The notes under the pieces are model-generated. The model saw nothing but the letters and a program-made list of their open reading frames with translations, did no database searches and was not told the DNA's origin. The position numbers and the translations under genes were made by a program. 64,000 nt of DNA. Origin: Carcharhinus longimanus. Its lineage: Eukaryota. The stretch lies in contig JASCQW010000168.1 of the NCBI GenBank assembly GCA_030264375.1, positions 12,622,197-12,686,196 on the forward strand. The letters are read 5' to 3'. Positions 1 to 13,659 of the stretch are shown one piece after another; the first letter of the stretch is position 1; the number at the start of each line of letters is the position of its first letter.

Positions 1-34
1 CTAAGACAGCATCAGTCTCATCATCAACAATATG

Positions 35-325
35 ATCGAAGTTCACAGTGCAGAAGGCGGCCATTTGGTCTATCGAGTCTGCACCGACCACAATCCCACC
101 CAGGCCCTATTCCCGTAACTCCACACATTTACCCTGCTAATCCCACTGACACTAGGCCAATCAACCTAACCCGCACATCTTTGGACTGTGGGAGGAAACT
201 GGGGCAGGAAACCCATGCAGACACGGGGAGAATGTGCTAACTCCACACAGACAGCGACCCAAGCCGGAATTGAATCCAGGTCCCTGCCGCTATGAGGCAG
301 CAGTGCTAACCACTGTGCCATCATG
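35..325 (-). mobile_element. HE1-like tRNA-derived V-SINE
   Basis: Reverse complement has head ggcacagtggttagcactgctgcctca (A box), B-box-like ggattcaattcc, V-domain acattctccccgtgtctgcatgggtttcc and tail ccttctgcactgt. Confidence 0.85.
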
Positions 326-1284
326 GACTCAGAATCCGGTGAAAATTTCCAAAGGTATCAATAACCCTTCATAACACCCTGTGGTCAAAGCATTTCAAGA
401 TATTTTCTGAAGTAATCTTGGCTGAAGCACTGCCTTCAAGGATTTTTTTTGCGTGTATATACTATACAGAGCTATTACTCCCTTTAAATCTCTGAAATGA
501 TTCCTTTAGAGTACGTTACCATCTGAGTCTTTGAAAGAACAAACAACTAGAAATAACCAGCCTTTTACCTTTTTTTTCCTATTTATTATATAAAATATTT
601 TGGTTTCAGTACTAAGCATTGACGAACATCAACATGAGAAAAGAATTACTGCCCACGACACTGAAGGAGCTGAATTAACTCTCAGTCAGAATGACATGAT
701 TGCTATAGCTCTCTGGGTTAATGACTGTATATCCATTAATGTCAATTCAGAATGCTCCCTTCACTGAAACCTTTGTGATATTCTTTTTCTATGGGATTGA
801 ACGATGATTTGATGGCAGTGAAATTAAAAACAGTAATCGGCTGTGGTGGATTGGCACTTAGAGGATCAATTCACAAGGCACATTCCAAAGCACATTTGCA
901 TTCTAATGATATTCTTTACAGAATAGAGAAAGTATCAAGTAATTGATGGCACGATGCCCCCATGTGCAGTAGCTCTTGGAAACTCCAAAATATTCATTTC
1001 TTTTACTTTAAAATAATCTCATTCTTAGTACCTTCATGTCCACCATTTCCACAAAAAAGACACAAGTGAATTAGCCTCTTGGGAAGCTATTTGCACATTT
1101 GTGTGTTCCATGCTTCACCTTTTCCCAACCCCTCCCCCTACCACCACCATATGCAGCAACTCTGGTAATACTGCATCAATGGTATATTACAAGGAAGGTA
1201 GAAATAGAAGTAATTTTCAACAGAAATATTTGCTTTGTCTCCATTCCATCCTTGTTAGAGCTGTTTCGCCATGGTAGGTGGATA

Positions 1285-1730
1285 GGTGGCACCGTGGTTA
1301 GCACTGCTGTCTCACAGTGCCAGGGCCCGGGTTCGATTCCTGGCTTGGGTCGCTGTCTGTGTGGAGTTTGCACATTCTCCCCGTGTCTGCATGGGTTTCC
1401 TCNNNNNNNNNNNNNNNNNNNNNNNNNNNNNNNNNNNNNNNNNNNNNNNNNNNNNNNNNNNNNNNNNNNNNNNNNNNNNNNNNNNNNNNNNNNNNNNNNN
1501 NNCGATTCCTGGCTTGGGTCGCTGTCTGTGTGGAGTTTGCACATTCTCCCCGTGTCTGCATGGGTTTCCTCTGGGTGCTTCAGTTTCCTCCTACAGTCTG
1601 AAAGAAGTGCTGGTTTGATGCATTGACCCAAACAGGTGCCCTGGAGTATGGCGACTAGGGGAATTTCACAGTAACTTTGCAGTGTTAACATAAGCCTTAT
1701 TTGTGACTAATAAGTAAACTTCAACTTTAA
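1285..1730 (+). mobile_element. V-SINE with HE1-type head and an alternative 3' tail; spans the gap at 1403-1502
   Basis: A box (accgtggttagca), B box (ggttcgattcc), V-domain; tail ctaggggaatttcacagtaac...ttgtgactaataagtaaactt differs from the HE1 tail. Confidence 0.8.
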
Positions 1731-1919
1731 ATTGAATACAGACTATACATCCCTCGTCCTCGACTGAATGAAACGTGCCTTCTCAATGTTCCATTCAAAA
1801 GATTAACCATTGGCTTCAAACAAAGGAACTGCAGCTTGGGAAGTCACCCTCTCAACTGTCGGACTTTCCATGCATTACAGTTAAGTTTGACATTGCCATG
1901 ATACCAATTTCAATCCATT

Positions 1920-2425
1920 TTAGAACACAAGAAATAGGAGCAGGAGTCGACCATATAACCACTCAAATTTGTTCCACAATTCAAAACCATCATGACTAAC
2001 CTTCTACATTAACTCTGCTTCCCATTCTATTCTCTGGCTCTTGATTCTCTTATCTCAACACCTGAGTGGGATTCACAATCCTCTGGGATAAAGAATTCCA
2101 ACAATTCGTGGCCCTCTGAGCAAAGATGTTTCTTATTTCGTTCCTAAATGGCTGACTTCTTGACCTGAATTTATGACTCCTGTTTCTGATCTTGCCAGCA
2201 TCTACCCTGATAAGCCTCCTATGAATGATATTGATTTCAATAAAATTATTACTCCTGCTTCTAAACTCCAGAGAATATTGGCCCTTTCTACTCGATATCT
2301 CCTCACTGGACAACAATCTCACCCCAGGAATCAATCCAGTGAACCTTTGTTGCATTCCCTGTAAAGTAGGTATATCTTTCTTTAAGTAAGGAGACCAAAA
2401 TTGTGCCACAAGTCTGGTTTCACCA
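1920..2425 (-). mobile_element. CR1-clade LINE 3' fragment (decayed ORF2 C-terminus plus 3' UTR)
   Basis: ORF 2050..2409 QFWSPYLKKDI..LQGMQQRFTGLIPG..YSLEFR..WNSL is the typical CR1 ORF2 tail. Confidence 0.85.
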
Positions 2426-3950
2426 AAGCTTCAGATGGTGCACAGTACATGGAGAACGGGTTGAACAGAGAGCCTGAGAGAAGCGGTTTCCAAGAAGTTT
2501 TTAATGACCGCTTTGAAAAGACAAACACAACTTCACTATTTCCACTTGGGGTGAAGGTTTCATTCAGTTGCTGCTAACTAAAAGGAAGACAGAACTGGAC
2601 TAATATCTATCTACCCAACTCATATCATGCATGTGGTGGCTTGTATTGTGTGGTTCACCAGCAAAATTATTCTAATTGTCAAACAGAATTGTGAATGTAG
2701 TCTGATAAGGTACAAAAAATGTCTTCACCCAGAAAGTACCCTGTGATTGATCTTGTGCCTTTCCAGTAGGGAGACCTATCCAACAAGCTTTGCTGGTGTA
2801 CTTGGCCTCAAAAGTATAATATGATGGATCTGAACTGGTTATTATTCATTGAAAACAATCACTTTCTGTTTACAATGTGTTTTCTAGTCAAGATTTCAGC
2901 TCCTGCTCCAATCACCAGTAGCATTTTTACATTCCCCATTGAGGAAACTTTAAAATGTGCTGTTTGCAATCTTTCCCTATTCTTTCTCAGTCTTGTTGGA
3001 CATGATTCCAAGGCTGTCAGCTACCCACACACCTATTCTTCAACTGTGGACTCAGTAATTGAGTAGGCAACTGACCGAGAGGGCATTGCAGAGAACTCTC
3101 TCCCTGTCCTCACCAACGTCCAATATGTTTGTGCTTTCAACATGGGCTGTGAAACAGGGATCAGATGTAGGGACTCTGAATGGTTGCTTTGCCCACCCTT
3201 AAACCAGGAGCACACAGTGACTGCTGTGTCCTTTGCAAAGGCTGGTGTCCCCTTAAGTCAGCAAGTGCTCGTGTTCAAACTTGGGACATTGCTTAATTGC
3301 ATAGATAAACCCCACAGTGCGTGTACCAACTGAGCCAATGGGGGTCTGGATGCATTTCTTAATCTTGGCTGAATTTATTTATTCCCATTCTGATTCTCTT
3401 GATGCCTTCTGCAACTCCATCCTCTGGCTGTCAGGGTGACAAGCCACATGCTCCCAGACCACGCTGGCTCCTTGAGGTGCCCACAGGGGAAGCTCAGTGA
3501 GATCAGTTTGCTTGTTTTCCCTTTCTCACTGGGAGAATGGCCTGGCCTTGGCACTGCTGGTCCTTCCTGAGATACTTCCAGGAAGAGAGTTCCATTACCA
3601 AGCCTTGTGACAAATGTTTAAGCACTGACGGGGTCAGTGCAGCCAACCATCTCACATGACAAATTCATTCATAACAAACACCAGCTTATTTTTTATAGTG
3701 TTACATTATGTAGAATTTACAGAACAGAAGTAGGCTTTCTGGCCCAATAGATCGATGCTTGTGTACCTGTTCCATATGATCTTCCTCCCCAGCTACTTAT
3801 CTAATGTTATCCGCTATTCCTCTCACCCTTGTGCAATTATCCAGCTTAACCTTAAACCCTGCACAACCATTTCTTTATGTTCAACTGCTTTCCATTTAAC
3901 ACAGTCAGGGAGATGGTGGCGTACTGAGTAAAACAACAGATTCACCTTAC

Positions 3951-4245
3951 CCCAAGGTCTGCAAAGGGGCCATCGTACAGANNNNNNNNNNNNNNNNNNN
4001 NNNNNNNNNNNNNNNNNNNNNNNNNNNNNNNNNNNNNNNNNNNNNNNNNNNNNNNNNNNNNNNNNNNNNNNNNNNNNNNNNGCCAACTGTGCGACTCGAC
4101 ACCTGTCTCTGTTTGATAGCGTTTGTGGAGTGCTGTATCCACCTCTCAAGGCATTTTCTTCAGCTAGCATTGATTCCAGCTCTGGCGTGGCTCCCCCTGT
4201 TACTAATGTCCGTATCAGAGTCAGGATATTGTCATTGAAGTATGT
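3951..4245 (-). CDS. KCNMA1: BK channel exon, true length 195 nt, interrupted by a spurious 100-N gap: [65 protein letters not shown]
   Basis: Acceptor tatctccacag|ACA, donor GGG|gtaagg; the two gap flanks join in frame as TTG GC+T CTG (L-A-L); phase 0-0. Confidence 0.95.
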
Positions 4246-5371
4246 CTGTGGAGATAAAACAAACTCTTTAAGCGAACACTATTAAAGTCATCACCAAAGA
4301 AATTCAAATTACGCTTTCCAAGGACTTTGTGCAGTTAAAACTAACGTGCTGTCACTTCACATATTTTATCTGGGAAGTGAAAAGACAGCAGACTCCAATT
4401 ACTCTGTTTTAGTTGTATGTCCCATTAGGTCCTTTCACTATATATCTTTTCTTCCACACACAAATTCAGGTCAGTTTTCTTCTAGACAGAAATTGTAATG
4501 ATTAATTCCCTCTATAATTGCTGTTAGTGGCGATGCAAAGTCTCCCTCTCTCAGCGTTAACTTCACAACCAATATGAGGCAGAGAAAGATACAAAAGTAG
4601 AAGACTCTGGACAGGTTTAAAGCCTGTACGAGCTAGAGTGCCTTTTTTCCTCATCACTGATTCAGCTGGGAACAGCCTTTATGCTGAGATTGTCGCTGCA
4701 CATTAACACATGTACGCTCTCACAGTCCTCTCCTGCTATCACTTCCTGCAGCTTTACGACATGAGTTGACAGAAATCAGACTTAAGTATGTATCAATTAA
4801 ACATTTTGATTATTTTTTAAATAAATGGATGATGAGGGTAAAGTCCCAGGTGGTCTGGTTTAAAACACTCAAGTGTGCTGGCAAGCACAATTTATTAGGT
4901 GCATAGCTACTTCAAGATGACAGCCTGCCAGCATCTATAACCATTCCATCCTGTCAGGTAAACAATCAGTCTTAGAAATATTTACTTAATGTCAATATAA
5001 TAAATTCAAGCTTCATTAAAGATGATTGTTTTAGCGAAGGAGGCACTGTCCCTTTTCAGGCCACCATGAACCTTGTTTAATACCACAGCATCTGTACAAC
5101 ATTACAAAATGCTCTGGTTTTCACACAAAGTTGCTGTTGCCCCCAAAACCATTTATACTTTTGGGATCACAGGGCACAGGTCCACAGGTATCAGCAGCCC
5201 TCAGCTATTTCACCCAAGTACAACCTTTTCCAACATTTGTTTGGGGAGAGCGCTGCCAGGAGATATTTTCCCAACTGGGTGTTACACAGCTCAATTCCAT
5301 CTCAACTTGATACCTGAGGATGCTGGTTTCCCAGTAGGAATTGCTATTTGACCAGCGGATGAGAGAACCCC

Positions 5372-5497
5372 AGGGCATGATCTTACCGGTTCATGCCACG
5401 CTCCCGCTGCAACAAGGTCAGAGTCTATCCAAATCTCCGTTCACTGCAGCGGGATGGGAAACTGCCACCGGCATGAACAGCCGAAAGATTCCAGCTC
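5372..5497. mobile_element. MITE-like non-autonomous DNA element
   Basis: GC-rich ~125 bp with imperfect terminal inverted repeats gggcatgatcttaccgg / ccgaaagattccagc; similar ends recur across the window. Confidence 0.5.
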
Positions 5498-7097
5498 CGG
5501 AATTTCTTCCTAACAAGAAGCATGCAGTAAAATTATAGTGTCAAACAACTGTCCTGGTTTATTAGGTAACAACCTTGGTTGGGTGGGGGAGCGGTTGCAG
5601 GGAAACAACAATCCTTTAAAAGCTGCTTACTTAGTTACTCTTTATTTCATTATTCTGCTGCTAAATTAAAGATATGTCAGGTGAAAGTACGAAGTCCAAC
5701 TGTTGCTAGCTATACAGGTCAGTGAGAGTTTAATTGCTGCTTGGGTAAAAGATGCACAGAAGCAACCAAGCATTAAATAACTTGAAAAACAAAAATAGAA
5801 TCAAAGATTCCATTGGACTGAAGTGTTTGGTGTGTAATATACATGTTAAGACTACTGGGCTCTGCTTTTGACCAACTTTTTAAAGGAGGCTGTCACACTC
5901 TCAGAAGATCAGACCTCTGATTTTAACCTTAGGGCACAATCATGGTGGATGTGGGTGTGTGGAGTGCAGAGGGAAAACCCTGTGGAGAGTTCATTATCAG
6001 GCCAAGGCCATTTTTAGTTCCGGCCTCTTTTAGACAGTGAAGCAGCAATGACTTCTGCCAAAACCAGTGAAAATGATATCAGAGACAGCAGGTAGGAGTG
6101 GAAAATCAGATTGGAGATCTGTGATAATCTGGAGATCAAAGGGAACACCCCCTGCAATAAGGGTAGTGTTGAGAGTTGAGAACGTGCTCAGGCTGGAGTC
6201 TCCAATGCACTCCCAGCAGTGAGAGGGAAGGGCAACATTTGGTGATGTACCTGCATCTCAATCTTCTGTAGTTAAAATTAGATTGTGGTGGCAACAACAT
6301 CATCAAACCGCACCCTTTGAATCTCAAGTAGGCCACATTGCAGACTGCTCTTTCGGGAGGCTCTTTTGCCAAATAAAATGTGTGTTGGGTAAAAATGCAT
6401 CAGGAAAATGATGGAACTGCTCCCTGACCCAACCCCGGTCAACATGTTAACTATCTGTCAGTCCAGTTCACCCTGGCCTGGTTGTGTTGAAATTGGCATT
6501 TAACACTAAATGCTGCTAACTCTGAATTCTCCAGAAATAGAAAATTCCTAACCTCAAGTTATCACAAAAAGTTTCTATTTAATTTCAAAAACACTTCAAT
6601 GTTGTTCTTTTTCAAAGAGGAACTCGGGATTGTAAAATGCATCCGTTCCACAAAGCAAAACAGATCCTGTTAATCACAGTGATGCCAATCTTGCAGCACT
6701 GGTTTTTGACTCCGATGATTGATTGAGAAATGGAATAAGTAGCGTTGCAACAGAGGTGTCACCAAAAGCGATAGCACTGCCATCTCTTATAAGGAGAGAC
6801 AGGACCTGTAGAATACAGATCTATGCTTCATTCATACACATTGCAACACTGACTGAAAACAAAATCCATTCAGAGTGGAGGGATTTTGCTAAATGATATT
6901 TATCAGTAAAGACTTATAGAAGCGAGTGGAGCTAATCATGGAAGGCAGTGGCTATCAAATGAAAAAAAAATTGGCTTAACCGATCTAAAACATAAGGGGT
7001 AATCTTTTTTCTTTTCTTTCAAATATCAGGCACAATTAACTTTGATTGTAACCCAGTTCTGTCCTCCACCTCCATCCCGCATGGGCAGGTGAGGATG

Positions 7098-8886
7098 GGC
7101 AGGTGAGGGTCAAGGTTAAAATCCTAAAGGTCAAAATCCAAACATCAAAACTAACAAGTTCACAACCACCAAAATAATAATACTGCAGATTCAGGCACTG
7201 GGTGACAATCCTTCCAAAAGCAGGTAGGGTCCACTTAAGATTCAAAGGTCATGGTATGACAATATAAATTTAAGGTCAGAGGTGGGGTGGGGCTCCTGAA
7301 ACATGGCTGGAGTACGAGACTGGTCAGAAGAGGCCCAGCTAAGTTATTAAACTGTGTTCCCACTGAACTCCTTGTCGTTTCTCTCCATGACTCTCAGTCA
7401 GTCCTCAGGCCTTCCCAGCACAGGTTTCCCCTTCACCTTGTCTTGACCGTGGGGATTTCTCAACCAATACTGCTTGCTGCATTATATATTAAAAGAAATC
7501 ACCAACCTGCCTCTCCCACTTGAGGAAAGCTTGTCCAACGAAATAGACCATCTGACCTACACAGGATATCTGCTTGGTCTATTCAAAGATCCAAAGATGT
7601 GTGGGTTTGGTTGATTGGCCATGCTAAAAATTGCCCCTTAGTGCCCTGAGATGCGTAGGTTAGAGGGATTAGCAGGTAAAATATGTAGGGATACGGAGGT
7701 AGGGTCTGGGTGGGATTGTGGTCGGTGCAGATTTGATGGGCCGAATGGCCTCTTTCTGCACTGTGGGGTTTCTATGATTCTATGATCAATGATTCTATTT
7801 GAATGAGGCTCAGGTATTAAGAGTGGCAGGGTGTCCCCATCCTTTCTGGATTCATTGACCTTTCTGTCCCGTCTCCTGTTCCAAAAAAACTGACACTTTT
7901 GTATCTGGATGAGGGACTATCAGCATAAATACTGCAAAGTGTCAGGGCATTAAATCTCCAACACCAGAAGGCTGCAAAGATTGGAGATAGAAGCATTTCA
8001 ACTTTTCGCAGCTGTCAGAGGGTAACTTCCTCTTGATGGGTAGCAAGAACCTAATCTTTGAGGCTAGTGGGATATCTCAACCTGCCATTTTAAACTTTTT
8101 GTTAACTTCAATGCAGCTCAGCCACTTCACTTTTTGGTGCCAGTTGGTGCTGCAGCTTTGCTCCAGGATATTCTCTCGCAGATGGCTGCCTATTTTAAAA
8201 GGTAAGTTCAGCTGTATTATGAAACTTTTAATATATTATGCTCACTCTTCTTATGATTGGGTCAGTTCTACAGACTCTGCTGTCACTAAAGTTCTTCTCT
8301 TCATCTGCACAGTGGATCTTTCTTTTTCACCTTCTTTCTCTTTATTTTACTTGAAATTTGTTTAGCCTTTTCTCACCCTTGATGCCAACATTTTTGGTCA
8401 GGTCTGGCAATGGGTCCTTCAGCTTCACGTATGTAACGGTGTTTTTATTCAGGCAATCTCCAAGTGTGTCTTCAATTTAGGTGCACTTCTCTCAGGGCAG
8501 GCATCAGTATCTTTAGTTTTTCAAACTCTGAAATGCCGTGGTCTCTCTCCAGCTGCTTTGAGGTTCTGGGTTTGTTCACTTAGCTGCCACATGTTGGTGT
8601 CTCAGTAAGAGTTCTGGAGACTGGTATGTTGAAACATAAACTATTTATTGTTAACCCATGACAATATATATTGCAGGTACTGCCTCTACGATAGCCCCTT
8701 CTGGATTCTGCTCCACCCTTGATTGGCAGGTGAGGGTCATGGTTAAAATCCTAAAGATCAAGATCCAAGCACCAAAACTAACAAGTTCACAGCCACCAAA
8801 ACACTAATACTACTGATTGAGGCACTGGGTGACAATCCTTCCAAAAGCAGATGGGGTCCACTTAAGTTTCAAAGGTCATGGTACGA
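7098..8886 (+). repeat. Dispersed direct repeat, two ~162-bp copies at 7098-7259 and 8725-8886
   Basis: ggcaggtgagggtca(a/t)ggttaaaatcctaaag...ggcactgggtgacaatccttccaaaagcag...tcaaaggtcatggta(t/c)ga present in both copies. Confidence 0.9.
7585..7788 (+). mobile_element. 5'-truncated HE1-like SINE (3' half)
   Basis: ccaaagatgtgtggg...gattggccatgctaaa...atgggccgaatggcctctttctgcactgt...ttctatgattctatga tail. Confidence 0.85.
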
Positions 8887-8978
8887 TGATATCATGTGAT
8901 CCTCTGCACTATATCGTGGACAGTACTGTTCTCCAGTCCCTCATTAACCTTTGCTCTGCTGAATGCCTTTATATTACA
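8592..8978 (-). mobile_element. Putative solo LTR interrupted by a 162-bp insert (8725-8886)
   Basis: TG...CA ends, AATAAA near the 3' end on the minus strand, typical short-LTR size once the insert is removed; no clear TSD. Confidence 0.35.
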
Positions 8979-10677
8979 ATGGCATACTCCTACCCCTTAA
9001 AGGCATATACAACACCTACAATCAGCCTTGTTGTATGCAAAAGACTTTTATAACACAGTATTGCTTCACCAACAAGAAGACAACAACTACATTAATGGTT
9101 GAGATGAGAGATGTTGGCCCTGGCTGCTTGCACCCCAGTTGCAATGCCAGCTGTACTTTGAATATTTTGTATGAAGACTGCTCACAATGGGATACAAAGT
9201 GAAAATTGTACTAACGTAAAACACTTTATCAAAATACAGTATTTTCCTTGCTTCATTTTGAACAGTGCTGGAAGAAACAAACAACGTAGGTCCCACATAA
9301 ATGGGTTGACTGCTAGCAGCCATCTTCATCTGCCCTTACCAACATAAGCCTGGAAATCATCTGCCATGATCTGTAATTGACAAGTACTGCCACATTTAGA
9401 GAGTTGGAACAAGTGAAATTCACCAGAAATTTCTGACGCTTGGAGAAACAAATAAGAACAAGATCACCCGATTTTATTTTGGGAACAAGCGGTGGGAAAT
9501 TCAGCTCAGAGTGCTCAGCCAGTAAAAACAATGAGCAGCTCCAGGGACTGTATTGTGATTATAAGTGAATTACAGAGGCACGGCTCTTAGTGAAGCAAGC
9601 TCAGCATTAACATGTGGCAGCTATCTGTGATTTTGACAACGCTGTCAACCCGGATGATAGATGAGAGTTGTCTGTTAATCATCAACACCTTTGTTCAATG
9701 TGAAATGTTGCCTGAATGATGTTTTGTTCTAACTGTTTTTCAAAAACGAAGAAAGCGGCCAAATTGAGACATCAAACCAGCAGAGTATTTCAATGCCCAG
9801 AAATCCATATCCTCCTCGCTGGCACCTTTTAGACCACATCAGCCAACAAAAAGCACATTGCTCCAGTGCCATACCCACAAGCCCACGTAGCATTCAAGGA
9901 TTGTTATTTGGGGAACTCGGTGCTGCAGTGACCTTGTTAAGTCATCTAATGTGCTCAGTACAGCTCCATTTGATGGCAATGTATGTGAAAAGTGTGTTGA
10001 CAGAAACTTCACTTGGCTGATACTGCGGCAAGTCGGACTGTCTGATCAATCTGACAGATTCATTTATAAACTTTCGCCTATTAGTGCAACTTGGATTCAA
10101 CTTAAATTTGCATCTGGTGCCAGCACGGGATTTATGAATTCTCTTTTTTTTGTTGTTGTTGCATGGTACGTTACTTCACATTTCTTGCAGTGAGTGATTT
10201 AATATTGAATCTCAGGAACTGGGGATAAGGCTTTGGGAATAGTGCAGTGTTTTGTTTTTTCAAAGAAAAAATATCTCCAAAGCACATACATTGAGTTATT
10301 TTAATATTTCACGCTCAAGTTCACAAATTAAGGACCTCTCTGCATTTTCCTTTAAAATCCACATGCATTTGTAGCCCCAGTGCTTACACACTGTATAAAC
10401 TAAAGATCGTTGCTAATGCCAGAATAATGGGGCTATACTTCACAAATTGTCAGTTGCATTTACATTTATGTTAAATGGAAATGAAACCACGTCTGTTCTG
10501 CTCACTGGAGAGCTCCAAACATCGCTGATCTGAGGCTGCAGCAAATATCGAAGAATGGAGGAAGATCATATCTATTGCATCCAGTTCCTTACTATTTATG
10601 TTTTGCTTCTTTCTTTGTCTGGCTCTTGTGAGTGCACAGTTTACTCACACTACCTGGCCCTATTGGTAATTAAACAA

Positions 10678-11350
10678 TAACAACAGTTCGTTATATAAGC
10701 ACCTTTTTAAAACAAGGCCTAGGGAGGAAATGCCAGAACTGAAGTTATGCTGGCAACTAATAGCAATGGTACAGCAATTTAAGTTAGAGATGCCCAAGAG
10801 GCCAGAGTTAGACCACAGATATTGCAGGATTGTGGGGCTGGAGAAGATTACCGGAAATAGGGAGAAATGGAACCACAGAGGTATCTGAAAACAACGACGA
10901 GGGATGGAATTCTCCAGAAATTCCCGCCGAACTGCCAATGGGCCTTCACGTTGTTTGCAACACGCCTGCTACAATTGCAGTGGCGAGCAGGGTGGGAGAA
11001 TTCCGGCCGACAGCTTTAAAATGGAGGCAGCGTAATCAGGAGTAAATGTAGCCTGTGACCAAAGGGGTGATGGGTTAACAGGATTTATATGTGAATAAGA
11101 ATAAGTAGCAAAGTTTTGGATGACCTCCAGTTTACAAAGGGTAGAATGTGACAGACCGGTCACGAGCATGTTGGAATAGTAAGGTATAGAGGCAACAAAG
11201 GCAAGTATGAGGGTTTCAGCAGCAGATAAACTGAGGCAGGGATGGAGTAGGGCGATACTTCGGAGGTGGCACAGATACATTGGTTGGAAACTCATTCTGG
11301 AGGTTGAGTATGACACCAAGGTTTTGAACAGTCTGGTTCAGCCTCAGAGA
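10678..11350 (-). mobile_element. L2-clade LINE 3' fragment with a nested MITE-like insert at ~10901-11009
   Basis: ORFs 10969..11319 and 11216..11437 (VQNLGVIL...HLRSIALLHPCLSLSAAETLILAFV...YSN..L..L..IQN) match the L2 ORF2 C-terminus; the insert has TIRs ggatggaattctcc / ggagaattccggcc. Confidence 0.8.
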
Positions 11351-11431
11351 GTTGAAAGAAAAGCTTAACAAGATTCTCTTTAGTGTTGTGAAATATACTT
11401 CTTGTTTTACATCTTCAATTGCTCCGCTGTC

Positions 11432-11580
11432 GACCATCCTTCTGTCTCTTCTTTTAAGTTGCTCCTTAAAACTTCCCTCTTGTTCAAGCTGTTGGTTCCC
11501 TGTCTGAATATTTTGTGTTAGATTTTGTCTGAGAATGCTCCTGGGATATTTTTAAAGGCAGCATATAAATGCAAGTAGTT
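11432..11580 (+). mobile_element. L2-like 3' UTR fragment
   Basis: ctccttaaaacttccctcttg...aaaggcagcatataaatgcaagt tail motif, shared with 20200-20532 and 45570-45835. Confidence 0.6.
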
Positions 11581-12865
11581 ACTGGTGTTCAGCATCCTGC
11601 GTGTGCTGGGAAAGCCCTGAATGGCTGCTGAATGAAATATTTAATGTTCAGCAAACTCAGGCCTTGTCCTGACACTTTGAGAGGATGGCTGTCAAAGGTG
11701 ACTCTTCCAGCCATTACATTTCAGCTACATTGGAGCACTTAGCTAACTGTGTTCCATTATTTCAGAAATCCATTCAGTAAAAATCACCGGTTGCCTTAAC
11801 TGTATTGGCTCTTATTATTTTGAAGAGATGCTTTGAAAGCTTTTGATCGTTTTCAAGGTAACCCCAGCTTTCTTATACTCAGTGCTTTATTTTGAGAAAA
11901 CATGTGCCGCCCTTAAAAAAGCAGGTTTTGTTACAATCAAAAGTCTCAAAGGATCGATCCTGTAGTATATTTAGCACAGTTCAAGACCACCAGAAAAAAA
12001 AACTTTACACTTTAGTACTTTTATAACGAAACAATGTTAAACTAACAGGCTAGTTAAGCTCCACAATTTGCATCAATTCTGAAGGAGCTTTGGCTTCAAG
12101 TTGAAGTGAACTGCAAACTACAACAGTGATGTAAAGTTGTCCAATTTGGACAGAGACCAGCAGTGTGAATGGGCCTTGAAGAGATGTGCCCTCACACTGC
12201 TTCAGCATCCCAGCAGCTGCACCTTAACTGCACCAGTGTGAAGGGAATTCTAAACATCTCCCTGCTGGTTCACTGACTGCCAGAGAACTTCAAAAAAAAC
12301 TTGATTTCCACCTTTTAATGTGAGTGACTAACCCCGTCGGCTGTTAGTTACCATTAAAATTTAACTGGCGTTTGAATGCCTGTAAGCAGAGCTCAAGCGC
12401 TCCAGCTTCCTGGTCAAGGAACAGTGTGAAGCCAGCTGTACAACTTGCATCTGCTGATCCCTTCACACTTTGACCAGGTAATTATCGCAGGCTGCTACCT
12501 GTAATATAAAACTGCACCCATACAGACAACACTACTATTTTCTTATGAAATAAAAGGACCAGCTATACAAAACAAAATGCCCCTTAATTAATAGAAGGGA
12601 TGCCTTCACTTCACGTACAGTTCTACGTTATTACTTGCAGTTTACTTCGGCTGCCTTGAAATAGAGCACACTTATTAAAACACATAGCATGCGAGATCTT
12701 CAAATGCCCAAAGGCTTGACCAAGTCCTGCTAAGCTTTGGGTTTAAAAGACCAGTGGATCTGTCTGTCAATGAGCGATTCATAAGAAAGGGTCTGTTTTT
12801 AAAAACTGCGCCTCAGATGGAACCTGTGAGTTCAAGCATAAGCAATGGAGAGAAAAGACTGATCA

Positions 12866-13078
<213 letters not shown>

Positions 13079-13659
13079 TCAAGGGAAGGACATAAATACA
13101 CGATGGGCGAATTGTACAACAGCTTAAAGAGACTGGAAACTGTAATCTCTGAACTTTTTGCTCTAATTTATTTCATATTTCAGTGTAAAGTGCAAAGCAC
13201 AAGCAAGCAAAGTAGAAGTTATTCTTGCTTTGGTAACCCCTGAACTCTGTCTTCAGAGTAAATCTAGCAAAAATAAACAGTTTGAAAGAAGGTTTGATCT
13301 GAAGTCTTGTTTTGATTTTTTCCCCCCCTCTTTTCAGCCTTCTTGTAAGAGCTGTGGAAAGAACTGTCAATCAACATGACAGAGGCTGATGAATAGGCTC
13401 AAGCTGCAGAAATGAACTGCAAGCAAAATACTATGGAAACAGCTGCAAGTACAGAACAGTGAAGTCAAAGGGCAAGAGATACTCTGTGAAAATAATAATC
13501 GTTAAAAATAAATTAGAAGGACACAACTAAGGCAGCCAACTTCAATCATAGCCAGCAAAAGAAAGACACTGACACTGGAGAAATCTCTCTCAGCCAAATG
13601 AAAAGAAGAACTGATGAGCGAAGAGAAACTGTGGACAAAAGGAGAAAGGGGCTGCTTAC

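Noticed and set aside
1099-1691. Overlapping ORFs of 170+ aa
   Set aside because: SINE sequence plus an N gap and a false duplication.
1-3950. Next KCNMA1 exon (DGGCYGDLFCKALK...)
   Set aside because: Not found by eye; it probably lies beyond the left edge of the window.
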